A stretch of DNA of 61,657 bases, filler included, from Sphacelaria rigidula (GCA_964200075.2; 9 parts of 9 records of this genome joined end to end with filler, not necessarily neighbours in it); one strand, 5' to 3'; counted from the whole stretch's first letter, positions 45,266 through 58,418 are shown. Program-made: numbers and translations. Notes: generated from the sequence alone by a model not told the origin.

Positions 45266-48035
45266 TCTGCTAGGCAAGTTGTTCGAGTTGTATTTTAGCA
45301 GCACCTTGTTATCATTCATACAGGAAGAGCCGGCTGCTCATCACTTTTCTAGATGTGAGTCAAGTAGGCAATAAGCCGGCGGGCAGCCCCGTTGGGCGGG
45401 ATGTTCACTTGCTGATTTTGAGAAACTTGCAGTTTTCTGCCGTCCCTCCTGCCCTTTTGTCGCCGAGTTATGTTATGGAACTATAATATCTACTTATCTC
45501 CTCTACGTTTATGATCAACGTTCAGTAGCAGCACCGTTGCATGTGGTGCATTCAGCATGTATCGTCGGCATGATATAGGTCGGTTTGTTTGCAGCGTATG
45601 TGGAGGAGTTACGGCAGTGTTCGTCTCGACGTGAGATGCTCGGTCTCACTCTTTGTGGTATATCTAGATCGTCCAGGTATATAACTTATCCTTGCAATCG
45701 CTTGGATATAACCATTGTTCTGCCTGAATGACCACCTTTTCTGTTTGTTTTATACCTGTCTGTGTTAGCCACAGGCGCAGTTCTTATAACATTGCATCGT
45801 CATCTTATGCGCTGAAGTACTGCCTTACTTCGATCAATGTCAATAGGCGACAACCTCTGCTACGACTGCGTGGCTACACATCGCAGTATTTACAACGACT
45901 TCCACGTGCGGTGAGCAGCACCCGTCATCTTTTTCACCATACAACGGTGAAACGATAACTATTTCATTGCGAACAAGAACCCGGCCGGCGGGTCCCTTGG
46001 AAGTCAGACTGCATGGGGTGAGAATGCTCCCTACCTTTACAGATACACAGCTCGTGCTAGAGGTGCGTGCAGAACATTTGTCGTAGGATATCCAGACAGT
46101 GTCTCCCAAGGGCTCAAGATCATCGCACCGGATACAACTATCGCCATCTGTGCCGTTCTCGATATTATCGGAGGGAGCCACTGGATTCGAGTTTTCTCAG
46201 CACAACGGTTTGCATTCCACCCAAAGAGCTGCCGGCCGATATCTTTGGACGCTCGATCACTGGGAAATGGTGGCATCAGCACGGCCACATCTCAAGCTCC
46301 TGGGGTCGTCGGCAGGCCCATTAGATCTGATGGTTTGGTGGTGAACATCTTGTCCGAGCTCCGGTGAACATGGGCAATAACACTACCCCAAGGTATGTCG
46401 CTAAAAGGAAGGACAAACGACCTGCCCTACGTATCACCATCACGTCCCCTTTCTGGCAGATAATCTTGCTCAAGCGAAGTATGGATCTGATTTGGGTGTA
46501 CGCGGCGTGAGAATGATTGGCGCAGTATCATTCCTGGCGTTTTAGCGCACCATCGACCTACCTGGACCAGCTAACTATGACACACGATGCTCGCATGTTG
46601 CTCCCGGGGTGGTATCAGCGTCTCCAAGTGCACACTTCACTACGCGCTGATGGACTTGGGGTCGAGTCTTCGAGCCGATTATCGAGAACAGCCGCACTTC
46701 ATAGGCCCATTATCTTCGGCATTGTTTTTTTAATAACTCAGACTTGTTCGGACTTTTTAGACTCTGTGTGCAGATTTCTCTGAAACCGAAGCGGTTTGAT
46801 TTTTCTCCGAATCTTGAATTTTGGCAAAATCTGGAAAATTCAGACTGCAACGCAGCGCTTCCGCTTTTGCTCTGTGTGTGCACCGTGGTGCTCGCAAGCA
46901 GTCGAGAGTCACCAGGTGCCATGCCAGTCCCGAGAATTTCGGAGATCTCTGAAAAATTAGTGTCGAAAACAATGTGCCTTTGTAGCACAGCTCCGACACT
47001 TGTCGTCAGTTTGGTTCATCAAGCTAGAAGGACGCACTACCATGCGGCGTCGGTGCGCACTATGATCGATGAAATACCACGGTGCGAGCGATGCCCCGAT
47101 CTGCACGGAATGTGATGAAAAAAGGAGAAGCTGCTGAGGACCGGGGAAACTTGGGTCCACCCTGATGAGGCACGTTCAGGCATTAACTCTCTTAAACGAC
47201 ACGGATGAGCACCACCGTTGCGAGCACAGATTAAACTCACAAAGTTCCTCAGTCTCATACGAGTTTTTGCCTTCAAAGGCGCACTAGAAGGACCTTCTTA
47301 ATGTGCATCGTTACCCAGCGGCAAGTACCGGAACTAGGCACCTGCAGAACATAGAAGCCCATGTGCAGTCGAGGTTATGACACGAATGCGGGCACTGCCA
47401 ATGGACCAAGAGAGTGTTTTGTCTCCTTTCAAATGCGCATCTCCCACTCGGAGAGCACTGGCTCAAGTCTTTCATTTCCGGTGTCCGGGGACAAGATACT
47501 CTGGGTTATACACTTCCACTCTACACTGAGCGAAGTCTTTCGCCTGCCTGTCTACAGGTAAGATACTCTGAGCAATCCGCTCCGACTCAATTAGCGCGTT
47601 CCTATACTCGGACCGGAGGTTTTACGCTGCAATGTACTACGGCCGAAAATATTTCAGCAAGGTGTGTTCAGCGGGGTATCCACCAGTATTAGGTACTCCT
47701 CCTCGATTTGTGTTGAAGTGATGGACATCATTGTCCCCTCTCTGGGATTCAGCCGAAGGGGATAACTCGACGGCCCAGGATGAGGAGTCTTCTGTGCTGA
47801 TAGACCACGAGTCATCCTATGATAGGGGGGGCGTACTAATTTGTTGCTTGCCTTAGTCGTGTGACCATTGACCACGCATCCTTTCTGAGACGGAGCACAG
47901 GGGGGGTGTACTCATGCTCATGCCTGCCATATTCANNNNNNNNNNNNNNNNNNNNNNNNNNNNNNNNNNNNNNNNNNNNTTAATTAATTAANNNNNNNNN
48001 NNNNNNNNNNNNNNNNNNNNNNNNNNNNNNNNNNN

Positions 48036-48160
<125 letters not shown>

Positions 48161-48869
48161 GAAGGGACAAGACGATGAAGAACAACGAGTGGATGATGGA
48201 AATAATGCGATCGATGGCTGTCATCGTTCTCGTCTTCGCTTCCGGGGTACACGTCTACGACGTAGTCAATTCGGACCGAAAGTTTATGAGGAAACGGGAA
48301 TCTTGCTAGGGCCGGAAGAAATGTGACGAAGAGCTCGTGCTATTTGTTGCTGTTCTTGTTGTTTTTCACACTAGCCCTTGTCCTGACATCAAGCGCCCGC
48401 GGTCACAGAGTCACGGCACAAAATACAGGATACAACAACAACAAAAAACGCCCACGGATAGGAACGCACGGCGCCCCGAAGAGCGGGGTCCTACATACAC
48501 GTCAGAGAGAACATAGAATACACCATATATATATATATATACATATATGTCCGGCTCAAAGGAGAAACAAAAAATACGTTTTCAAAACATTGTCGGCTAC
48601 AGTAGTACATGGTACGTGCGGCATAGGAGACCAGGAAGGTGAAAGCAGGGAAACTACCTAGTTCGGAATATCCAACACGTCGGGACAGGGCAAGGTAAGG
48701 CCCGGCAATACGACGCGTCAAGGGCCAGCGGACTAAAGGACGAGAGGACCCAAACAACGAGCCTACAGAGAGGTGCGTCGGGCCCGATTCGGTTGTTCCT
48801 TCAAATAATTTTGGAGCGTTCTCATCAAGGCGACTTGAGTATGCGATGAAAGTATTGGGAAATATGGAT

Positions 48870-49118
48870 GACACCTTCTACGATAGCCCCCCCCCAAAAA
48901 AGTGCATGGTATTAGGAGGCGAAATCTTCACGTAAATCGAAATGGGAAAAGCCGCGCACAACGAGCAGCTGGGAATTCTCACGCGTGGGCTCGTTCCAGC
49001 CAATGTTGCCAATATGAGGCGCTTATTGTAGCCTGAACCCAAACATTAGGCGCTGTATGGCCATTTTTTTCGTGACGCTTTTGGGCTGGTTTTGGGGGGG
49101 GCTATCGTAGAAAGTGTC
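48870..49118. mobile_element. 249-bp MITE, GAC..GTC family, 4-bp TSD
   Basis: GGAT|GACACCTTCTACGATAGCCCCCCCCCAAAA ... TTTTGGGGGGGGCTATCGTAGAAAGTGTC|GGAT. Confidence 0.92.
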
Positions 49119-49882
49119 GGATGAATAGACAGATGAATGCACAGGTGCACGATTGAGTGTCGCAAAAAGCGTAATTATTTCATTTCATTTTGTTTTCAAA
49201 TCTTATCGTCACTTCTACCGTTCTCGTTCTCGCTCAGGTTCTCGTTCTCGTTCTCATCCCCATTCTTTTTCCCATTCTCATTCTCATTTTTCTTATTTTT
49301 CTTCTTATTTTTCTCTTTATTTCTGTTTTTCTCTTTTTTCCTTATTTGTATTCCTACCGTCACTTCTTGCGCCCGTCATGCTTTCAACCTCTACCTTCCT
49401 CAGGAGGAGTTTGGAGTCTCGAGGGGCCAACGTATCTCTCCCCGGGTACACGTCTGATATTCTGATATCGCGGATTGGATCATGACCATCACTCGCATCG
49501 CATCGACTCTCGTCAAACTAATGATCTAATGCTGCTCACGTCTCCGCGATTTTAGCGATGGAGATCCAATACTTCTCACCGATATTTCTCGCCGAAAAAG
49601 AAAAGAGAGAGAACCCAAATACATCTCTGCAGGGATCCCAACCCGCAACCGTCGGATCCAACGAGTTTTCAATTGTATCATTTTTAATTTACACCGTCGG
49701 CGTGCGGCAAGACTTTTGAACACGCTCAACATGAATACCAAGAGGACTCCGGCTACTCGAATTTTGCGATGGTAGGGTGCCACGGGGATCAGTTAAGGTG
49801 CGAAAACCAACTAGCTGATGCAATCAATCGATCAACCAATGCATGAAATTTGATGTAATTTTATCATATTTCATACTATTCT

Positions 49883-49924
<42 letters not shown>

Positions 49925-51339
49925 TCTTTCTCATTCAATCTCTCTCTCATTCAATCTCTCTCTCTCCCGGTACACGCCTCCTCATATTTTGAAGTGGCAA
50001 TTTGTATCATGACCAGCACTTGTACCATTTAAATTTTTAGACCGCCGGGGCGCGCGGGCATGCCACGTACAATGACCAATGTCCTCGTCATTGAGCCGTT
50101 GGCCTACACACGGATCCATTCAGATATTGGGACGGACCCTCCATGGAACACTGAAATTACGCCATACACGTTCGCCTCATGGTCGGAACAGCTTCCGCGG
50201 ATCAGAGGTTGAATGTCGCGTTACGAATACACGGTGTATCTTGTCACTGAGTGCAGTACTCGCTCACAGGGAGGACCTCGCCAAGCTACGTTTGTGTACA
50301 TCGTTTGGATGAATGGCGAATGACGATACTGGGAAAATACCCTGCAATACTGTGCCAGCCAGGCGTTCACGTTTTGCGGTAATACTGTCCTATTACTTTC
50401 AATACATATAATATATGTGCAGATAGGGTCGGGGTTGTGGGCGTTGTAGTCTCAACCAGTGATATTGTTCCGAGATTACTTCTGATACTGAAATGGTGCC
50501 CACGTCCTCAGAATAAGAAAAAAACACTTCTCGATCATCTTTAGGTGGCTGATACCACTGTTCAACTACCCCGTGGTGCAAACAAAGTAGAGAGCAAAGA
50601 TGGCTAAGGTATAATAGGACAGGCCAGGGTAAGGTGCAACGTCAGGTAGTTCGCGTATCGATATCCTGGGTACTCTGGAAAACTGCGTGTTATCGACAGT
50701 TTCTACTTTGTGGTATCCTAGAACAGTGAATATTTTGAGCTGTCGATACCCTGGATACCCGAAGTACTCGGTATGTGTACTCAGTACTCCAGGTACCAAA
50801 CCGGGTAATGCAGGTGGCGGATACCTGAGGTCCCCTGCGACACCCGGCACTTTGAGCAGTGCGTACCCTTCGTACCCCCAGAAAAAAGAGTGTTTTGGCT
50901 GTCGATACCCTGGGGGTATCAAGAAGTGGCATGTTTTACCGCCTAGCTTCCGCAGTGAGTTGCGTGTTTTACAGCGGCGTTGCCAACCGACGCCAATCCT
51001 CTGGGGGAGAGGGGGCGTACTCATTTGTTGCTTGCCTTAGTTGTTTAACCATTGACCACACATTGCTTGCGAGACGGAGTACCGTTCCTACTAATAGTAG
51101 AGACACCTCCAACATTTGGGCGCTCATAACGTTTTCTCCATACACGACGCAAAAACCTTCAACATGCCTTATCCCTTCCCTCATCCGTTTTCTCCCTACT
51201 GTCTAATGCATCAAACGATTTCATGCCACGTTCGATTACTTCCCGCATGTCCCCCTCTAGCACGTCCTGTTCCTCCTTGTGTAGTTTACATTCGGCCACT
51301 ATACGAGTTCTTCTCTCTATTACAGAAACGCCAACCCTT

Positions 51340-51456
51340 GGGGGGTGTACTCATGATTTTGCATGCCATAGCCATCTGATCATTGACCTTGCATTCCTAC
51401 AAAGCTGGGACGGAGCACGCCGGGTTTTCCCCGGNNNNNNNNNNCGGACCAGACTC
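51340..51456 (+). repeat. Module B (paralogue of module A) ending GGACCAGACTC
   Basis: Also at 36443-36548 (-) and partially at 42585-42625 and 47900-47935; includes a 10-N scaffold gap. Confidence 0.7.
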
Positions 51457-52032
51457 GCACACAATCACCAAACGCGAAGCGCCGTGGTGTGCTCGGCGAA
51501 TCGCATGAAGGGTGAGCTGTATGTATCCTGCGAAGATTGTTCGGCCCGAAGCCTACTGATTATTTTGCATTTGGATGGCAGCCTCCGATGACTTGCGCCA
51601 GCCCTTCGGGAAGGAGCAGGGGCGGGGGGTGGTATTTTGGGTCATTCTTTCAGCGGATGTTTCATTTTTGTTTTGTCTCGGGTACGTCCCCCATGTTACC
51701 ACCCGCTGGATCCCTGGGGGGTCAGTGAAAGTGCGGCAATCAATCAACCAATCATTTTTTCCACGAAGCTCCACTTCACGCTGTCGTTGAAAGCAGCTGT
51801 AGTTGTTCGGACGCGCTTCATATCGATACGTGACGCTCATCCATATTCCTTGGCACCATCTTCACTCAAATAAAAGCGCACAGCAAGTGTGTGAGGTCGT
51901 GTGACACACCTATGAGCCTCTGCTCTCGTGGAATCAACCTCCCTCTCCCCCCATATCGTATCAAGAACACCCCCTCCAGTCGTGGCACGACTCGTGTATA
52001 AGACCAGGTACTGCGCCTTTGCTGAAGTCACA

Positions 52033-52330
52033 CGATCTGGGATTTCTTCTCATACCATGCCCAACAGCGGAGAGCGACTATGCCGTGGGTACACGCCGTT
52101 CGACGTCACGGTCGACGAGGGAAAGGGACCGCTGAACCCCTCTCGCGATAACAAAATATAGGCAAGCACCGCAAAATGAAAGTGAAGTACTAAAACAAGA
52201 AGGAAAAAAGGGAAAAGCCCTGTGTTGGCCTTCCTCCTGTGCGACCCCGGCTGATGCGCCCATATATGTATAAAGGTGTAACTGGCGTCCAGAATAGATG
52301 GGATGACAACACACAGCACACACACACACA
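52033..52330 (+). mobile_element. 5'-truncated copy of the 40301 SINE
   Basis: GATCTGGGAT...GAGAGCGACTATG...GCTGAACCCCTCTC...GACCCCGGCTGATG...ACAACACAC. Confidence 0.82.
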
Positions 52331-52535
52331 TACTGCGGGCGGTGGGTACCCGAGAGCACTGAGCATTTTCGACGATCGGTACCCCAGGTACTGTGGGACC
52401 GGAAATTGGAGGACGTGCGCATGATTTGACATTTGCTACACTATACAATTTCATGGAATGAAAATGAACAAAACAATTACTGTTGTGTCCATCATTTGGG
52501 GGGGGGCGGTGAAAGTGTGTGTAAGTGTGAAGAGT

Positions 52536-52745
52536 GTGTGAGTGTGAGTGCGTGTGTGTGTGTTTTGTCGTATTGTCATCCATTTATTCTGAATGCCAGT
52601 CTACACCTTTCGGTATGCGTGGGCGCATCGGCCGGGCATCACACAGGAGGAGGTGAAGGCCAACACGGGAGTATGTTTCTTTTTTAAGTTGTTTCAATTC
52701 TCCACCTTATTCCTGCGATGTTTGCCTTATTTTTTTATTGCGATG
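52536..52745 (-). mobile_element. 3' fragment of the same SINE, inverted
   Basis: Reverse complement of the tail (CCTCCTCCTGTGTGA...CAGAATAAATGGATGACAA). Confidence 0.75.
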
Positions 52746-53777
52746 TGTACACCATAAAAAAAGAGAAACGCACTGCACAAAAGAAAAAGTGGGTCGGTGC
52801 GAAAGAATTCGATATCTACCTGCAGTCACCCATCACCTACCTCTCAATCAACGCTAGCAGCTGTAGATGCATGTGAAAGCTTGCCGCATTCCGGCTGTGC
52901 ATTCACTGATGGGTCAGAGTAACGGACGAGATTTGCTTTTATATGAAGGCGAAACGGATGATATATAAAAGGTTGGTGTCTTGATTTGGGGGTGCGGACA
53001 CGATATACGCAAAGCGGCTTTGGTCCCACGCTCTGCCTGCGCAACCTAACGACACGCACAGAGAGCTTCAGCGAATAAGCAACGGTAGCTCCGAATCAAG
53101 TCCACGCTAAGCTACAAGCACGCAAGGCTTGTGCCGGCGGACATATATCTCCTATTTTCTCCGGAGCTACTGTAGAGCGACCCGCGTTGGCGCCAACATC
53201 ACGACAGACAATACAGCTTCGTTTTCCAGGCACGTTACGCTTCCGTAGGGCTCATGGATGAGAGCTCCATACTCAAAACAAATAGGTAGAAATATATAAG
53301 CCGCAATCTTTACCCACGGCTTCTTGTTTTTTTTATTGGGTATGGATGTGATGAGTGTGTCCTTTTGAGCAAGACAATTTCAACGGAAGCCGTGTCGCAG
53401 AGGCCGGCCATTTCTGGGGGGGAAGGGGGGGATTTGTTTTGTTTGTCTTGTTATTTTCTGTTCTGTTCTGTTCTGTTATTTTCTTCTTCATTTTCTGTGT
53501 ACTCTGTTAGTCTGTTAGTCTGTTGTACCTTTTCTGGATTCTTCACTTCTCTTCAGCGAGTGTTTCCGTTTCGCTCATCATGAGTATCTCTATCGCTCTA
53601 TCGTGATTCTACGCCTGGACTCCTGGAGGATCAGCTAATGCGCAATCAAATCAATCGTGATACAACAACAACAACAACAACAACAACAATGGATCATAAA
53701 AACAACAAACGAACAAACAGAGCGCCAGTAAAAAAAAGAAACACTCAAACACCTTCCCACAATAAAAAAGCACTCAC

Positions 53778-54002
53778 ATCGGAGTCACCGTCCGCACCAG
53801 AACCAGCCCCACTGCCAGCAGAAGTACTTGACGATACCGCGGGCGTGTTCATCCACACAAAGCCCGTCTTCTCGCGCATGCCCGTGTCGAACATCACCAA
53901 AGGCATATACGGCTCCTTGATGCTGACGATGAGCATGCCCTTCTTCCCGGAGGCAATGGCAATCTGGTCAGGGTGCGCTGGTCGCCACTTGGCCCTCGTC
54001 AC
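53778..54002 (-). CDS. WDR24: WD40 exon resembling WDR24/SEA2 (GATOR2 subunit)
   Basis: caaag|VTRAKWRPAHPDQIAIAS...SIKEPYMPLVMF...TGFVW...|gtgagt; follows the WDR24 pattern V-x-R-x-KWRP...RPFxP...F...TGxxW. Confidence 0.55.
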
Positions 54003-54915
54003 CTTTGGTGAATTTATCGATCAAACGATGGAAAATGACGAAGACGCGATTCAATATTCAAGTCTCAACTTTTTGTCTCCACATACAGGGGGGCTATATA
54101 TATATATATATATGCATAAATATGTGTGTGTGGAGTACGTGTGTTTGTGACGGAAAAGAGAAAAAAAAAGGAGAAGTAAATAAAAGTGGAGGAGTAGAAG
54201 GAAGAAAAAGGAGCAGGGTGGGAAAAGGGACAAGCAAAAACTAGACTACGAGCTGGGCCAGCCGTAAGACGTACAAACGGACATCACACAACAACTTCTC
54301 GAGTCTCCCGAATCAGCCCGATTCAAGCATGTCGCTGCGAACTGCAAAACAACCTGGTCACGCACGCTCTGCCGCCAAAAAGATAAAAATAAAAGTTCTG
54401 CATGATACATGACCCCATCTACGGTGCGAAAGAAAAAGAGGATCTATCGGAATTCGAGCCCGTGACCCCCATAACTGGAGTCTCCTGTATCACTTGGATT
54501 ATAGGGGCGCAGCGGTGTCACACAAAAAGTGCTAGGCTGGGCCAACTTTTGTGATTTTTTGGCCGAATTTTCACCAGGATCTCTTAACCGCAAGTACGAA
54601 CAACATTTCTGGGGATGCCCCCGTTTTTCGTTTGTTTCACCGAGTTATGACATATTTTTCATTTTTTGCTGAGATTTCGAATCGATTCAACATCCTTTTT
54701 TTTTCTTGGGGCCTCCCGAGGAAATTTGTAGGGAGGGATACGTGACACGTGACACAGCGTGACACGTGACGTGAACGTGACGTTTTGGGCGTCACGNNNN
54801 NNNNNNNNNNNNNNNNNNNNNNNNNNNNNNNNNNNNNNNNTTAATTAATTAANNNNNNNNNNNNNNNNNNNNNNNNNNNNNNNNNNNNNNNNNNNNAAAA
54901 ACAAAACAAGGCGCG

Positions 54916-54953
<38 letters not shown>

Positions 54954-55025
54954 CGTGTCCGATAAAATTCTCTCAACAGGCCCTTATATATATGGGCAAA
55001 TTTCGTCTCCCTCTTCATCTTCAAT

Positions 55026-55097
55026 TGGCACGTGGCGCAGAGGTAGCGTGCGAGGCTCATAACCTCGAGGACCCAGGATCGAAACCTGGCGTGCCAT
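55026..55097 (+). tRNA. tRNA-iMet: tRNA-Met(CAT), initiator-type
   Basis: Full cloverleaf: TGGCACG/CGTGCCA, GCGC/GCGT, CGAGG-CTCATAA-CCTCG, CCAGG-ATCGAAA-CCTGG (A54/A60 initiator T-loop). TATATATA ~35-42 nt upstream, T-runs downstream. Confidence 0.88.
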
Positions 55098-55210
55098 TTC
55101 TTTTCTCTTTATTATGCCGCGCCTTGATGGTCACAAGTGGCCAAACTGAATCAAGTGAAATCGGCCCGAAGAATGCGGCTTCGGACCAACCTACGGTTAT
55201 AAAAGAGAGC

Positions 55211-55540
55211 TCACTTCACCACTTGGTCAGACAGGAAATTTCTGGCAAGTGTGTTATGTCGAACTAACGCTAACGCTAACGCCAATGCTAACCCCACCCC
55301 TAAAACCCAAGGCATAACGAGAATCCTCGGGCGAGGAGGGGTGCAAAGTGTTTCCCAGGCAAAGTGTTGCTGTGATAGACTCAAATCGGTGCCGCATGCG
55401 CCCATTTGAACAAAAACGGGTTCTTTGCACGGTAGGAGCACTCGGGAATGTCAGCCCTATTAAAGATCCGAATGTCGGTGTTCACACTCAAATCGAGTAA
55501 CAAAATTCCGGAGAAATTACGTCGGATCAAGTGGTGAACT
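55211..55540. mobile_element. Second copy of the telomere-like-tract element
   Basis: (CTAACG)n/CCCTAA tract, IR TTCACCACTTGGTC/GATCAAGTGGTGAA, body homologous to 37612-37932. Confidence 0.6.
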
Positions 55541-55745
55541 CTGCTGGTAAAACAAAATATGAGTACTACCTCTGTTTCTGTTTCTGACAACTGTTTCCGC
55601 TTTGTGTCGTTGAAAGCATGAGGATATGACTACAGAGGAAGGTACCAAGGGTGTGTGTCGGGTAGAGTATTTTTGTACATCTGGGTAGTGTGAGATCATA
55701 CTCGACAGTAAATATTTGGTAAAGTACTGCGATCGTACCTATATA

Positions 55746-56388
55746 CAGAAGCGGCTACGGTTCAAGGGAACGTTTTTGAGAGGAAGTACGGATTTAAATA
55801 AGAGAGTGAAACTGGCTTGTCCCGACCAAGATCGATTTAAGAGAGAATTCCTCTTATTTCCGAGCATTTCTCTTAAATCGAACCTTCTGGAAACCACACG
55901 GGCATCACACACACAGTTGCAGACACCATGCCCTGCGCAGCGGGCAGTCGCTGCGCTGTCCCCGATCACACGCCAGGCCCGCCGCAGTTCACAAATCACC
56001 AATGCAGAGGAGTCTGCGGGCAGTACCTCCATGGCATCTGTGGTGTGGCGGACTCTCTCAGCACCTTCGAGATGCACCGCATGCTCGCCAACCAAGAGAA
56101 TGAGCGGTGTTTGGAGGTAGTCCAAGGTGCTAACGCTTGCTGCCTTACGTGACATGAATGACACACTCTCCTTGATCTCTTACGGCATGTAGTTGGGATG
56201 AGAGCGTCCATCTCTGACGGCCTTTCGTATTGGCTAAGGTATAAGAGAATATTCTCTTAAAATGAAATATGGTTCAAGAGAATATTATATTATACCGTAG
56301 CCAATATTCGTACGGTATGAGAGAAAGCCGGATTTAAGAGAGAAAAATTGGCTTGTCCCGGCCCTCTCTTAAACCATAGCCGCTACTG
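55746..56388. mobile_element. 643-bp Tc1/mariner-type non-autonomous element
   Basis: TA|CAGAAGCGGCTACGGTTCAAG ... CTTAAACCATAGCCGCTACTG|TA; repeated subterminal TTAAGAGA motifs. Confidence 0.82.
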
Positions 56389-56754
56389 TACCCAGTACTT
56401 GGGTAGTGCTTGGAGATCGGACCATCGCAACACGAAATTCGGGAGAGTAAGTACCCATGTATTTACCCGCCCCAACACACCTTTGCAAAGTACAGTGCAT
56501 TCGAGAAGAGGCGATGTGGTGCGGGAGTGCTGACCTCCAACCCGCGACACCGCAACATTCAAGGCGTGTACGGTAACGGGAGAAATACGGCCTGATACCT
56601 ACAGACCAAGCAAGGAGTCGTGCGGAGGGGCGGTGTAGTCATGATCTTGCATGCATGCGTATATATGGGAGGGGAGGATCGGATAAAGGTGTGGCGAAAA
56701 AAAAGAAGAAGGGCGGCGACAAGGACAACAACAGCGGTTTTACAAATACCACTC

Positions 56755-57145
56755 AACAGTGGATTCTCGAAAATGGGGTTGAAAAAAAAATGGGGTTCGT
56801 GCTTTCCCTGACCTAAATCAACGACAGATGATTTTCATATGGACGGCCCCATCCCGAAAACCATTCATGGGGATTTCTACCCTTCCGTTCCCCCGAAGGG
56901 AATGTGCGAAAGCACGATTTTTGGGCCGAAAAACCTCCTTTTTTCACACCGAAATCGAGGCAAGAGGGTGCTTTCGCACCTACCCTTGGGGGGAACGGAA
57001 GGGTAGAAATCCCCCGAAATAGGTTTTAGGGGGTCGGGAGAGATGAGGTCGTCCGTATAAAATCATTTGCCATGAATTTAGGTATGCACGGCTTTAGAGT
57101 TGAACCTCATATTTTTTTCAAACCCATTTTCGAGAATCCACTGTT
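56755..57145. mobile_element. ~390-bp foldback MITE
   Basis: AACAGTGGATTCTCGAAAATGGG / CCCATTTTCGAGAATCCACTGTT plus internal IR; no clean TSD. Confidence 0.8.
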
Positions 57146-57544
57146 ACCTGCTATATTGCACATTCCATTTCAAGTGTATGTACTCTAATCATAAGTAATA
57201 CTCAGATACCTCAAGAGCTGTCCGGGGTGTGCAATATTTGTTGTACCAACCGGTGAACGTGTGAAGAAGGATTGTTCTCCACTTGTTCGACCCGCGCACA
57301 CCGTAGTGCTCTGCGTGAACAATACCCGCATGCATGTGAAGGTTGGGTGTTTCCTGCACATGCTTTCTCACCAGAGAGTATAGTGTCCCGGATAAACATT
57401 CAAGACATGTGAACCCCTTTCTCTGTGAAAGATAACCAGTATACGATACTTGCGGGATATTTGGCACATCTGTTTGTGTGGTTTTTCAGACAGTAATAAT
57501 AAGCGAATGCTTCGTTTTTTTTTCGATTCATTTTGTACTGTAGT

Positions 57545-57803
57545 GATTTTCGAGGGGTGTAAGATAGAGGTATCTCAAACTCGACTCCCGGTATCCCCGC
57601 CTGTTTTGTTCTATTTTTTCAAGTGAAAAGGATGGCGATTTCATCAGATGATGAAGGCCCTTTGACCGCCAGGTCAGATCCTCTAATGAATCGCCATCAC
57701 TTTCACTTGAAAAAATAGTACATGACTCAGAGCCAGCGAATAAACCAGGATACCGAGAGCCGAATTTGAGATACCTCTGATGATACCGTCTCCCTCGAAA
57801 ATC
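57545..57803. mobile_element. Foldback MITE-like inverted repeat
   Basis: Three inverted blocks (GATTTTCGAGGG, AGAGGTATCTCAAA, TATTTTTTCAAGTGAAA). Confidence 0.7.
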
Positions 57804-58153
57804 GGAAACGGAATCATTCAATCGTTTTGTTCGGAAACAACGCAAGGTCGTTCAAGTTTCAAGTTTCGATTTTTTTTGTTCTTGACTAATATTCATAGGA
57901 AGAAGAAACCGGAAAACGTACGTACATGGAAACAAACGTCCACAATAATGAAATCCCGGAATCCTAGCATGCATACTCGAGAAAACGCACTCGTGCAAGC
58001 TTTTCCCTTTTATCTACGTTATTGTAAGCAAACTTGGGGACATGTAGGAGGTACATACAGAAACCGTGCAGGGACGGGAAAATTCAGCAAAAGTAGGGTG
58101 TTTTTGTCCTTCTCCATCCCTCTCTTATCCCCGTAGTTTATAACGGTTCTTAC

Positions 58154-58265
58154 CGGCTCTCCCTCATCGGCGGTGAGTATGTACTGTCCGTCGTGGGTGA
58201 ACGTGACCATGTCGGGCAGGTAACCCGCCTCCTTGTAGGATACGTAGTCCTCGCATAAGTCGCAG
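58154..58265 (-). CDS. Exon of a choice-of-anchor I / MSP130-like (alkaline-phosphatase-associated beta-propeller) protein
   Basis: ccgcag|...[26 protein letters not shown]|gtaaga matches the family signature G-x-LPDM-x-TFT-x-DG...A(N/D)EGEP. Confidence 0.78.
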
Positions 58266-58418
58266 CTGCGGTTCATCGGGAAAAGGGGAAATCAACGCAA
58301 AAACAACGGGCGCATCTTTTGAAACCTAAATCCTCGCTACTGCACTGTATGTGTCGTGCATGTGCAATCACCCACATTGACGCAGCGGTGGTTTCGTCAA
58401 GCGAACCCTCACTCATGA

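Noticed and set aside
45960..47560. Further exons of the contig-7 gene
   Set aside because: Coding-like stretches, but no consistent splice phase or motif could be established.
52225..52265. HDV-like ribozyme (CCTCCT...GGC)
   Set aside because: P1 and P3 pairings could not be built by eye.
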